Positions 26,858-35,143 of a DNA stretch of 38,382 nucleotides are shown here, piece after piece. The notes beneath the pieces are model-generated. The model made no database searches. It was given only the letters and a program-made list of their open reading frames with translations, and was not told the DNA's origin. A program made the translations under genes and the position numbers. This DNA comes from Burkholderiales bacterium. GTDB taxonomy: Bacteria > Pseudomonadota > Gammaproteobacteria > Burkholderiales > Burkholderiaceae_C. The DNA is taken from NCBI GenBank assembly GCA_038234045.1, contig JBBSUX010000001.1:1-38382 (forward strand), given 5' to 3'. Each line of letters opens with the position of its first letter. Within the stretch, counting starts at the first letter, position 1.

Positions 26858-27877
26858 TTAAACGGCAACTTGTGCCACAGAGCCTGGCTGGCGCGACTGC
26901 AGATAAGCCCACAACGCGTCTGCGGCGCGCTTGCCGTTGGCAGCGCTTCCATCACGCGAGGCACGAGCAGCACCGCGTGCGCGACCTGCGGACGCCCCGC
27001 CCTCCCCGCGCATCGCGGCAGGCTTCTCCCGATACGCGCGGATTTCCATCGTCATGGAAAGTCCCTGCAGCTCAGGGGGCAGCGCACTAACCAGACGCTG
27101 GCTGCGCAACTCCCCCCGAACCGCACTGACAGGCAGAAAAGCCACCCCGTGGCCTTCGACCGCCATTGCCTTGAGTCCTTCAGCCATGTCGGTCTCGTAC
27201 ACCCGGTTCAGATGAATCGGCGTGCTGCACTGCTTGAGCATCAGTTCCACCACGCGGCCGAAGTAAGCGCCTGGCGCGTAGCCAAGGTATGGCAAGGGCT
27301 GTGCACTGCGCCCCGGCAGAATCTGCTGCGGTCGACCCTCGACGTCGGGCCGGGCGAATGGCATCAGCTTTTCCTCGCCGAGCACGACCATTTCGTAGCG
27401 CTCGGCATCGAGCTGGAAGGGCTGCGAGCTGTGATAGTAAGCAATCAATAGATCGCAACTTCCTTCGACCAGCCGCAGCACGGCGTCGTGCACATTCAGT
27501 GCAATCAAGCGGCTCTTGATCGGTCCAAACTCTTCGCGCAGCGTCGACATCCACACCGGGAAAAACGTAAATGCCATGGTGTGAGGTACTGCGAACTCGA
27601 TGACGTCCTTGCCAGCCGTGGTATGACCCCGCAGCGTGGCGCGGGTGGACTGCAGCGCCTGCAGCATGGCAAGCGATTCGCTGTGGAGGGTTTCGCCGGC
27701 CGGCGTCAGACGCGTGGGATAAGAACTGCGGTCAACCAAATCGGTGCCGGCCCAGGCCTCAAGCGCCTGAATGCGCCGTGAGAACGCCGGCTGTGTGACG
27801 TGGCGCAATTGAGCGGAGCGGCTGAAGCTCCGCGTTTCGGCCAGACTGACGAAATCTTCGAGCCATTTGGTTTCCAT
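26858..27877 (-). CDS. LysR family transcriptional regulator
   Basis: N-terminal wHTH METKWLEDFVSLAETRSFSRSAQLRHVTQPAFSRRIQALE. LysR substrate-binding domain, plus a basic Ala/Gly/Arg-rich C-terminal extension. Confidence 0.9.
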   Translation of the reverse strand: METKWLEDFVSLAETRSFSRSAQLRHVTQPAFSRRIQALEAWAGTDLVDRSSYPTRLTPAGETLHSESLAMLQALQSTRATLRGHTTAGKDVIEFAVPHTMAFTFFPVWMSTLREEFGPIKSRLIALNVHDAVLRLVEGSCDLLIAYYHSSQPFQLDAERYEMVVLGEEKLMPFARPDVEGRPQQILPGRSAQPLPYLGYAPGAYFGRVVELMLKQCSTPIHLNRVYETDMAEGLKAMAVEGHGVAFLPVSAVRGELRSQRLVSALPPELQGLSMTMEIRAYREKPAAMRGEGGASAGRARGAARASRDGSAANGKRAADALWAYLQSRQPGSVAQVAV

Positions 27878-27918
27878 CGGCGAATTATCGGATTTTTGTT
27901 ACAGCTATGCTGTATCCC

Positions 27919-29850
27919 TCAAGAAGCAACTTCGGGCGCCTCGCTTTGCTGCAGGTTCCACATCTGCGCATAGCGCCCTCCGCGCGCGATCAACGCCGCA
28001 TGGCGCCCACGCTCGACGATGCGGCCAGCCTCCATCACGAGGATCTCGTGCGCATCAGCGATGGTGGAAAGCCGGTGCGCAATCACCAGCGTCGTCTTGC
28101 CGGTGGCCACGCTGTTGAGCGCGGATTGAATGCCACGCTCGTTGGCGGAATCCAGCGCCGAGGTGGCTTCGTCGAAGATCAGCACCGGGGGGTTTTTCAG
28201 CAGCGTGCGGGCGATGGCTACACGCTGCTTCTCGCCCCCGGAAAGCTTCAAGCCGCGTTCGCCCACCATGCTGTCGTAACCGAGCGGCATGGAGGCAATG
28301 AAATCGTGGATGCGGGCAGCACGCGCGGCCCCTTCGATCTGCGCTTGCGTGGCGCCCGTCCGGCCATAGCCGATGTTGTAGCCAATGGTGTCATTGAACA
28401 AAACCGTGTCTTGCGGCACGATGCCGATTGCCTGGCGCAGGCTCGATTGGGTGACGGCGCGCACGTCCTGCCCCGCGATACGGACGCTGCCGCCAAAAGT
28501 CTCGGGATGACCCGGTATGCCCACGTCGTAAAACCGGTAGAGCAGCCGTGCCAATGTCGATTTGCCCGAGCCCGATGGCCCGACCACCGCCACCGTTTTG
28601 CCGGGTGGGATCTCGAAGCTCACGTCGTGCAGGATGGTGCGCGACGCCTGGTAGGCAAAGGTCACATGCTCGAAGCGCACCGTGGCGCCAACAGCAGGCA
28701 CTTGCAGCGCCTCGGCATCCGGCGCATCGGCAATCTCGCGATGCCGCTCCATCAGGGCAAACATCTTGTCCAGATCGGTCAGGTTCTGCTTGATCTGGCG
28801 GTACAGAACACCGAGGAAATTCAGCGGTATGTAGAGCTGGATCATGTAGGCATTGACCATCACCAGGTCACCCAGCGTAAGGCGCCCTTCGGTCACGCCG
28901 AGCGTGGCGCGCCACAGCATCGCCACCAGCCCGATGGCGATGATGAGTTGCTGGCCGGTGTTGAGAAGCGAAAGGGAGGTTTGTGCCTTGATGCGCGACT
29001 TGCGATAACGCTGCAGGCTCTTGTCGTAGCGCTCCGCTTCGAACTCTTCGTTGTTGAAATACTTGACGGTTTCGTAGTTCAGCAGCGAGTCGACCGCGCT
29101 GGTGTGCGATGCCGAATCGGCATTGTTGGCCTCGACGCGAAAGCGCGTGCGCCATTCGGTCAGGCTCACGGTGAAGATGATGTAGACCACCAGCGCGCCG
29201 CCCGTGATGCCGACAAACCAGGCATCGAATTTCACGCCCAGGATCGTCAGCACCAGCGTCACCTCGACCAGCGTCGGAATGATGCTGTAGAGCGAATATG
29301 AAATAAGCGACTCGATGCCACGCACACCGCGCTCGATATCACGCGTCATGCCGCCGGTTTGCCGCGCCAGATGAAAGCGCAGCGACAAGGCATGCAGATG
29401 CCGGAACGTTTGCAGCGCGATGCTGCGGGTAGCGCCCTGCGTGGCTTTGGAGAACACCAGCTCGCGCAACTCGGTGAAAAACGAGGTGGACAACCGCAGC
29501 AGCCCATAGCCCACCAGCAGCGCCACCGGCACCACCAGGATCGCGACCGGGTCGCCCGGTTTGATCGTCATGCGGTCGATCAAGGTTTTCAGGAGTACCG
29601 GTACGCCGACGTTGGCGCCCTTGGCTGCGATCATGAACAGCAGCGCCAGCACGGCGCGCACACGGTATTCCCACAAATAGGGGAACAGGCGTTTCAGCGT
29701 TGCCCAGTCGCTGCGGCCGGACGCACCGCTTTCGGTACTCGCATCGTCATCCGCCGCGCTGGTCGAAACAGCTTTGGGAGCCAGTGACGCGCCGGAAGCA
29801 GGCGGTTGGGAAGAAGCGGGCCGCGTGGCGGTCTCACCGTAATGGCGCAT
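27919..29850 (-). CDS. ABC exporter, fused permease/ATPase, Atm1/ABCB7-like
   Basis: Six-TM domain, then Walker [35 protein letters not shown]. The N-terminal leader is typical of bacterial Atm1-type proteins. Confidence 0.9.
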   Translation of the reverse strand: MRHYGETATRPASSQPPASGASLAPKAVSTSAADDDASTESGASGRSDWATLKRLFPYLWEYRVRAVLALLFMIAAKGANVGVPVLLKTLIDRMTIKPGDPVAILVVPVALLVGYGLLRLSTSFFTELRELVFSKATQGATRSIALQTFRHLHALSLRFHLARQTGGMTRDIERGVRGIESLISYSLYSIIPTLVEVTLVLTILGVKFDAWFVGITGGALVVYIIFTVSLTEWRTRFRVEANNADSASHTSAVDSLLNYETVKYFNNEEFEAERYDKSLQRYRKSRIKAQTSLSLLNTGQQLIIAIGLVAMLWRATLGVTEGRLTLGDLVMVNAYMIQLYIPLNFLGVLYRQIKQNLTDLDKMFALMERHREIADAPDAEALQVPAVGATVRFEHVTFAYQASRTILHDVSFEIPPGKTVAVVGPSGSGKSTLARLLYRFYDVGIPGHPETFGGSVRIAGQDVRAVTQSSLRQAIGIVPQDTVLFNDTIGYNIGYGRTGATQAQIEGAARAARIHDFIASMPLGYDSMVGERGLKLSGGEKQRVAIARTLLKNPPVLIFDEATSALDSANERGIQSALNSVATGKTTLVIAHRLSTIADAHEILVMEAGRIVERGRHAALIARGGRYAQMWNLQQSEAPEVAS

Positions 29851-29908
29851 CGGGGAGAATCTCGCTTGCGATTGAGCGCCGTGTGCTCAATCGCGACAAT
29901 GAAAATGA

Positions 29909-30343
29909 ATGGAAAGAGCAAAGATTGTGCCCATGACCGACACCCGCTGCACACACGCCGCCGAATTGCCCACCGAACACGAACTGGTGTTGAAGGTGAT
30001 CCCGCAGCCCGGCGACTGCAATGCCAATGGCGACATCTTCGGCGGCTGGGTCATGGCGCAGGTTGATCTGGCGGGCTCGGTGATCCCGGCGCGGCACACC
30101 AAAGGCCGCATGGCCACGGTGGCGGTGAAGGAGTTCATCTTCAAGCAGCCCGTACGGGTCGGCGACATCCTGAGCTTTTACGGCAAGCTGCTGAAGATCG
30201 GCCGCACCTCCGTGACTGTCGAGGTGGAGGTCTATGCCGAGCGCTTCATCAATCAGGGTCACTACATGAAAGTGACCGAAGCTACGCTCACCTATGTGGC
30301 GATCGACGATAACGGCCACCCCCGGCCGATTCCGCGAGATTGA
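29909..30343 (+). CDS. acyl-CoA thioesterase, YciA-like hotdog fold
   Basis: PGDCNANGDIFGGWVMAQVDLAG...TVAVKEFIFKQPVRVGD...GRTSVTVEVEV tracks E. coli YciA. The start could be ATG 29933. Confidence 0.85.
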   Translation: MERAKIVPMTDTRCTHAAELPTEHELVLKVIPQPGDCNANGDIFGGWVMAQVDLAGSVIPARHTKGRMATVAVKEFIFKQPVRVGDILSFYGKLLKIGRTSVTVEVEVYAERFINQGHYMKVTEATLTYVAIDDNGHPRPIPRD

Positions 30344-30436
30344 TGATCAAATAGGCTTGTAACGCTTATTCCATTTGCGCTATTAGCAATGGCTTTGATA
30401 GCGTCAATAACGCTACTGAGTTATCGCTCGACCCCA

Positions 30437-31201
30437 TTAGCTCGCGCTGAAATCCGGCCGACGCTTCTGCATAAAGGCGGTGAAAGCTTCCTTTGCCGCC
30501 GGTTCGTGCAGCATACGGCCGAAGCTTTCGCCCTCCTCCTGCATCTGCGTGATGACCAGCGCCGCCTGGCCCTTCTTCAGCAGCCGCTTGGTTTCGATCA
30601 GTGACGACAGCGGCTTGGCAGCCAGCTTTCTGGCCTGGGTCTGCGCCAGGCCATTGACCTCGGTCGGTGGCACGATGCGGTTGATGAGACCGACTTCCAG
30701 CGCGGCTTCTGCCATGAACGGCTCACCCAACAACAACGCTTCGGCCGCGCGGTGGTAGCCGAACATCTGCGGCGCCAGCAGGCTGGACGCACCTTCGGGG
30801 CACAGGCCGAGGTTGACGAAAGGCATGGAGAACGCGGCGTTGTCGCCGGCATAGACCAGGTCGCAGTGAAACAACATCGTCGTGCCGATGCCGACCGCCG
30901 GGCCGCACACGGCGGCTAGCAAGGGCTTGGCAAAGCCGGCGATGGCACGCAGGAAGCGGAACGCCGGCGCGTCGTCATCGGCAGGCGGTGCGGCGAGAAA
31001 GTCGCCGATGTCGTTGCCGGCACTGAAGATGGTGATATCTCCCTGCAACAGCACTACGCGTACTGCAGCGTCCCCGCCGGCAGCATCGAGCGCGTCAACG
31101 AGTTCACGGTACATGGCGCGGGTGATGGAATTTTTCTTCTCCACCCGATTGAAGGTGATGGTTCGGACGCCGGCTTCGGTGTGGATCAGGATGTCGCTCA
31201 T
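30437..31201 (-). CDS. enoyl-CoA hydratase/isomerase family protein
   Basis: Crotonase fold: ITFNRVEKKNSIT, FSAGNDIGDF, AAVCGPAVGIGTTMLFHCDLVYA. Confidence 0.9.
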   Translation of the reverse strand: MSDILIHTEAGVRTITFNRVEKKNSITRAMYRELVDALDAAGGDAAVRVVLLQGDITIFSAGNDIGDFLAAPPADDDAPAFRFLRAIAGFAKPLLAAVCGPAVGIGTTMLFHCDLVYAGDNAAFSMPFVNLGLCPEGASSLLAPQMFGYHRAAEALLLGEPFMAEAALEVGLINRIVPPTEVNGLAQTQARKLAAKPLSSLIETKRLLKKGQAALVITQMQEEGESFGRMLHEPAAKEAFTAFMQKRRPDFSAS

Positions 31202-31291
31202 GACAGGGCTTTCTGGTTGGCGGAATGGTGGCAGATGAAAGGGCGAGGAATGGCCAATTGATGGCTAAGGAAGGGCGGAAGGAGGCCGCAG

Positions 31292-32113
31292 CTATTCTTT
31301 GAAGTAAACGATCTGATGGCTGGTCGCGAGCATGTGGCCTTTGCTGCTCCAGACCTGCACACTCTGGTCGAAAAAGCCGTTGCGGTATTCCAGGGCGCGA
31401 GCTTGGCCCAGCAGGGCCGCATCGCCCACGTGCAACAGGTCTTTTGCGCTGGCGTGGAAGTACACCGTCAAAGAGACTGTACCGGCCGGAACCCGCAGCG
31501 CGCGACGCAGCCAGACACGGGGAAAGAAGATGTCGCACATGGCAGCGAGCGACGCAAAATCGAGCGCTCGTGGTGGCGCATCGCGCATCCATAGTTGCGA
31601 AAGGCCATCGTCGCCCTGGCCTTCCCAGCGCTCCGGAATGGGCCCCACGACGGGGCGCAGCTCATAACGCTCAAGCCATTCCACTCCGCTCATGAAGGGG
31701 CGCTCTGGCATATCGGCCGCGCCCGCTACAGCCGGCATCGGCATATCAGAGCTGCTCCAGGTCTCGCGCCGCGCTGCGGTGACTGCTGTGGCGGTGGTGG
31801 CGACCACGCGCGCGCCTTGCGCATCCGCCTGGCTCAAAGTCACATTCCAGTGCTGGGTCGAACGGTTGGTGCGCATGGGGACCACTTCGAGCATGAAAGG
31901 GCCTTCGGCGATCGGCCCGGCATAGTTCACGGTGAGCGAGAGGGGCTCGCCCAGCAAGGCCGGATGCTGCATCACCGCCGCAAGCACGGTGGCGGCGGTA
32001 ATGCCGCCGAACGGGCCGAGCATGTTCCAGTAGGCAGGGCTGGTATGTCCGCTGAAGCGATTTTCGCCAGCAGGTGCGAGGCGTGTCGCCTGGTCAAAAA
32101 GATGTAGGTTCAT
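31292..32113 (-). CDS. acyl-CoA thioesterase, TesB-like double hotdog
   Basis: WNMLGPFGGITAATVL...RSTQHW...D.FFPRVW...TVSLTVYFH pattern. Start set at Met 32113 (MNLHLFDQ). The upstream extension in the track is unsupported. Confidence 0.75.
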   Translation of the reverse strand: MNLHLFDQATRLAPAGENRFSGHTSPAYWNMLGPFGGITAATVLAAVMQHPALLGEPLSLTVNYAGPIAEGPFMLEVVPMRTNRSTQHWNVTLSQADAQGARVVATTATAVTAARRETWSSSDMPMPAVAGAADMPERPFMSGVEWLERYELRPVVGPIPERWEGQGDDGLSQLWMRDAPPRALDFASLAAMCDIFFPRVWLRRALRVPAGTVSLTVYFHASAKDLLHVGDAALLGQARALEYRNGFFDQSVQVWSSKGHMLATSHQIVYFKE

Positions 32114-32228
32114 GTGAGAGCGAGTGTCCGTCACCGATGGGGTGATCGCCAGTCGTTTGGGTGACGTGGCCAGAATGCACGCGCATTTGCCAGTTGCTCT
32201 CGGCGGCTCTGCTACCCTGCCCGACGCC

Positions 32229-33425
32229 ATGCTCAAGTCTCCAGATAACCGCTTCACCGCACGCGCCACACTCCCCATCACGCTGCTGGTACAGGCTGCC
32301 GCTTCGGCCGCCATCGTGGCACCCGCCGCCGCCGCGCCCAACCTCCCACTGGCACAACGCATCGGGCCAATCGCCGTAGGCCTCTACATCGCAACCGTCT
32401 ATGCGGCAGCGATGGTGTCGAGCCAGACCGGCGTGGCAATGACCCGACGCTGGGGTCCGATCCGCACCAGTCAGGCCGCGTTGGTGTCGTGCGCGCTCGG
32501 CCTGCTGCTGGTCGGCATGGCATCGCCCTTGGTGGCAATCCTTGGCGCCGTTCTGCTCGGCATTGGGTATGGGCCGATCACCCCCGCCAGCTCGGAAATG
32601 TTGGCCCGCACCACGCCGTTGCACCGCTACTCGCTGGTGTTCTCCATCAAGCAGACCGGAGTGCCGCTCGGCGGTGCGATTGCGGGCCTGATGGTGCCGC
32701 CCGTGATCGGCTGGCTCGGAACCGGATGGGCACTGGCGCAGGTGGCGGTGCTCTGCGTGGCAGGAATCGGGCTCGCCGCACTGCTGCGCGCAGAGCTCGA
32801 TGTGGCCCGCGATCCGCTGGCTCCCTGGCCCACGCTGCGCAGCACCATCAGCCCGATTCGCTTTGTGTGGGGTCACCCGCTACTGCGACGCATAGCGCTC
32901 AGCACTCTGGTGCTTTCGGGCGTGCAGGTGAGCCTGACAACCTATGCGGTGAGCTACCTGCGCGGCGATCTGCGCTGGAGTCTGGTGGCTGCCGGCTTGG
33001 GGCTGACGGTGGCGCAGGTGGCGGGCATGGTCGGCCGCATTGGCTGGGGTTTGATCGCCGACCGGCTGGATGACGGAGCGCGCCGCACCTTGCGGGGGTT
33101 GACGTTGGCAATGGCTGCGTTGGGGCTGCTGCTGCCACTGCTGCACAACGGATCGCCCACCGGTCTGGTGCTGGTATTGTTGGCTGCCTATGGGGCGACG
33201 GCAGTGGGCTGGAACGGCGTCTACCTGGCCACGGTGGCGCGCTCGGTGCCGCATGGCGAAGCAGCTACCGCCACTGGCGGCAGCCTGTTTTTCACGTATT
33301 TCGGTGTGGTGCTGGCACCGCCCCTGTTCGGAGCGGCCGCAGGTTTGAGCGGATCGATCGGCATCGCCTTCGCACTGATGGCCGTGCCGCTGAGCGCCGC
33401 AGTCTGGCTCCTGCGGCGGCGTTGA
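32229..33425 (+). CDS. MFS transporter
   Basis: 12 hydrophobic segments with an MFS-type loop (GRIGWGLIADRL). Start set at ATG 32229, leaving a divergent promoter spacer with the thioesterase gene. Confidence 0.75.
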   Translation: MLKSPDNRFTARATLPITLLVQAAASAAIVAPAAAAPNLPLAQRIGPIAVGLYIATVYAAAMVSSQTGVAMTRRWGPIRTSQAALVSCALGLLLVGMASPLVAILGAVLLGIGYGPITPASSEMLARTTPLHRYSLVFSIKQTGVPLGGAIAGLMVPPVIGWLGTGWALAQVAVLCVAGIGLAALLRAELDVARDPLAPWPTLRSTISPIRFVWGHPLLRRIALSTLVLSGVQVSLTTYAVSYLRGDLRWSLVAAGLGLTVAQVAGMVGRIGWGLIADRLDDGARRTLRGLTLAMAALGLLLPLLHNGSPTGLVLVLLAAYGATAVGWNGVYLATVARSVPHGEAATATGGSLFFTYFGVVLAPPLFGAAAGLSGSIGIAFALMAVPLSAAVWLLRRR

Positions 33426-33476
33426 AAAGCTGAGGCTCAACACGGAGGCTCATCCAGTCAACTTCGAAGTAGGGCG

Positions 33477-34673
33477 TCAGACGCGCTCGAAAATCCCGGC
33501 AGCACCTTGGCCCATGCCGACGCACATGGTCACCATGCCGTATTTGAGGTTCTTGCGGCGCAGCGCATGCACCACCGTCGCAGCGCGAATGGCGCCGGTT
33601 GCGCCCAGCGGATGTCCGAGAGCGATGGCGCCACCCATCGGGTTCACCTTGGCCGGATCAAGCCCCAGCGTGTTCATCACCGCGATCGATTGCGCAGCGA
33701 AAGCCTCGTTCAGCTCGATCCAGTCCATGTCGTCCTGCTTGAGCCCCGCGTAACGCAAAGCCGCCGGAATTGCCTCAATCGGGCCGATGCCCATGATGGC
33801 CGGCGGCACGCCCTTGCTCGCAAAGCTCACAAAACGCGCCAGCGGCGTCAGGCCAAAGCGCTGCACTGCCGCGCCGCTCGCCAGCACCAAAGCGCCCGCG
33901 CCGTCCGAGGTTTGCGAGCTGTTGCCGGCCGTCACACTGCCGCGTGCGGAAAACACCGTCTTCAGTTTGGCGAGCCCTTCCAGGCTGGTATCGGGCCGTG
34001 CGCCTTCGTCCTTCGATACCGTGCGCTTGCTGATCGCCACCTCGCCGGTTTCGAGATCCGGCGTGCGCTCCGTCACCTCGATCGGCGTGGTCTCGTCTGC
34101 AAACTCGCCCGCCGCCTGCGCAGCAAGTGCGCGCTGGTGCGATTGGAGCGCGAAAGCGTCCTGCGCCTCGCGGCTCACCTTCCATTGCTGCGCCACTTTT
34201 TCTGCCGTCAGGCCCATGCCGTAGGCAATGCCCACGTCACCCTCGCGCTCGAAGATGCTGGGCGAGAGCGACGGCGCATTGCCCATCATCGGCACCATGC
34301 TCATGCTCTCGACGCCGGCGGCGATCATCACTTCAGCTTCGCCCACACGGATGCGGTCGGCCGCCATCTGAATTGCCGAAAGACCAGAGGCGCAGAAACG
34401 GTTCACGGTGATACCGCCGATGCTGGTTGGCAGGCCCGCCAGCACGGAAGCGATGCGCGCGACATTGAGGCCCTGTTGCGCCTCCGGAATCGCGCAACCG
34501 CAAATGATGTCTTCGATGGCTGCCGGATCAAGCCCCGGCACCTGCGCCAGCGCGGCCTTCAGCGTGGTGGCGAGCAGATCGTCCGGCCGGGTGTTGCGAA
34601 AGAAGCCGCGATGCGATTTGCCGATGGGCGTGCGCGTGGCGGCAACGATGTAGGCGTCCTGGATTTGTTTCAT
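33477..34673 (-). CDS. fadA: acetyl-CoA C-acyltransferase (3-ketoacyl-CoA thiolase)
   Basis: Active-site Cys context VNRFCASGL. C-terminal NPMGGAIALGHPLGATG and MCVGMGQGAAGIFE. Confidence 0.95.
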   Translation of the reverse strand: MKQIQDAYIVAATRTPIGKSHRGFFRNTRPDDLLATTLKAALAQVPGLDPAAIEDIICGCAIPEAQQGLNVARIASVLAGLPTSIGGITVNRFCASGLSAIQMAADRIRVGEAEVMIAAGVESMSMVPMMGNAPSLSPSIFEREGDVGIAYGMGLTAEKVAQQWKVSREAQDAFALQSHQRALAAQAAGEFADETTPIEVTERTPDLETGEVAISKRTVSKDEGARPDTSLEGLAKLKTVFSARGSVTAGNSSQTSDGAGALVLASGAAVQRFGLTPLARFVSFASKGVPPAIMGIGPIEAIPAALRYAGLKQDDMDWIELNEAFAAQSIAVMNTLGLDPAKVNPMGGAIALGHPLGATGAIRAATVVHALRRKNLKYGMVTMCVGMGQGAAGIFERV

Positions 34674-35086
34674 GGGAGTCTCCTGTAATGAGCTCCTTCC
34701 CCCGCTGGGGGAAGGTTGGGATGGGGGCTTGCGGCGGTCAATTCGTCGAGTCGATTGGCAATTGCCTGGAGCACACCATCCAGATGGTTGAACGGGTCAT
34801 TCGATCCAAAGCGCAGTACTTCGAATCCCTGCGCGCGCAAGTAGCTTTCACGGCGCGCGTCGTACTCTTGGTGGGCCTGATGCTGCGATCCATCCAGTTC
34901 GACGACCAGCCTAGGTTCAAGGCACACGAAGTCCGCGATGTAGTTGCCCAAGGGATGCTGGCGCCGGAACTTCACACCCAATTGCCCGCCGCGCAGGTGG
35001 GTCCAGAGCTTGCGCTCGGAGTCCGTCATTTCACGCCGGAGCGCGCGGGCGTGCCGTTGGGCTGTTGGAGTGGATTGGTTTTGCAT
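34670..35086 (-). CDS. DUF559 (Vsr-like endonuclease fold) domain protein
   Basis: LRREMTDSERKLWTHLRGGQLGVKFRRQHPLGNYIADFVCLEPRLVVELDGSQH...D..R..YL...G..VLRF is the DUF559 signature. Start set at ATG 35086. The track extends to GTG 35140 through the flanking repeat. Its stop overlaps the thiolase ATG (ATGA). Confidence 0.8.
   Translation of the reverse strand: MQNQSTPTAQRHARALRREMTDSERKLWTHLRGGQLGVKFRRQHPLGNYIADFVCLEPRLVVELDGSQHQAHQEYDARRESYLRAQGFEVLRFGSNDPFNHLDGVLQAIANRLDELTAASPHPNLPPAGEGAHYRRLP
34696..34729. repeat. left inverted repeat flanking the DUF559 ORF
   Basis: CCTTCCCCCGCTGGGGGAAGGTTGGGATGGGGGC. The first 21 nt are themselves a 9-bp hairpin. Confidence 0.8.
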
Positions 35087-35096
35087 GGGCCCCTGT

Positions 35097-35130
35097 GCCC
35101 CTATCCCGGCCTTCCCCCAGCGGGGGAAGG
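35097..35130. repeat. right inverted repeat flanking the DUF559 ORF
   Basis: The reverse complement is CCTTCCCCCGCTGGGGGAAGGCCGGGATAGGGGC, 31/34 identical to the left copy. Confidence 0.8.
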
Positions 35131-35143
35131 AGGAAGGCACGCT

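Larger units (their letters stand above)
34696..35130 (-). mobile_element. putative DUF559 cassette bounded by 34-nt inverted repeats, sitting in the fadB-fadA spacer
   Basis: The inverted-repeat pair plus the enclosed endonuclease-like ORF occupy almost exactly the gap between the fadB-like stop (35144) and the thiolase start (34673). Mobility is inferred, not shown. Confidence 0.45.

Noticed and set aside
27907-29301. 464-aa + strand ORF
   Set aside because: Antisense to the Atm1-type ABC exporter, which has a complete TMD plus NBD motif set.
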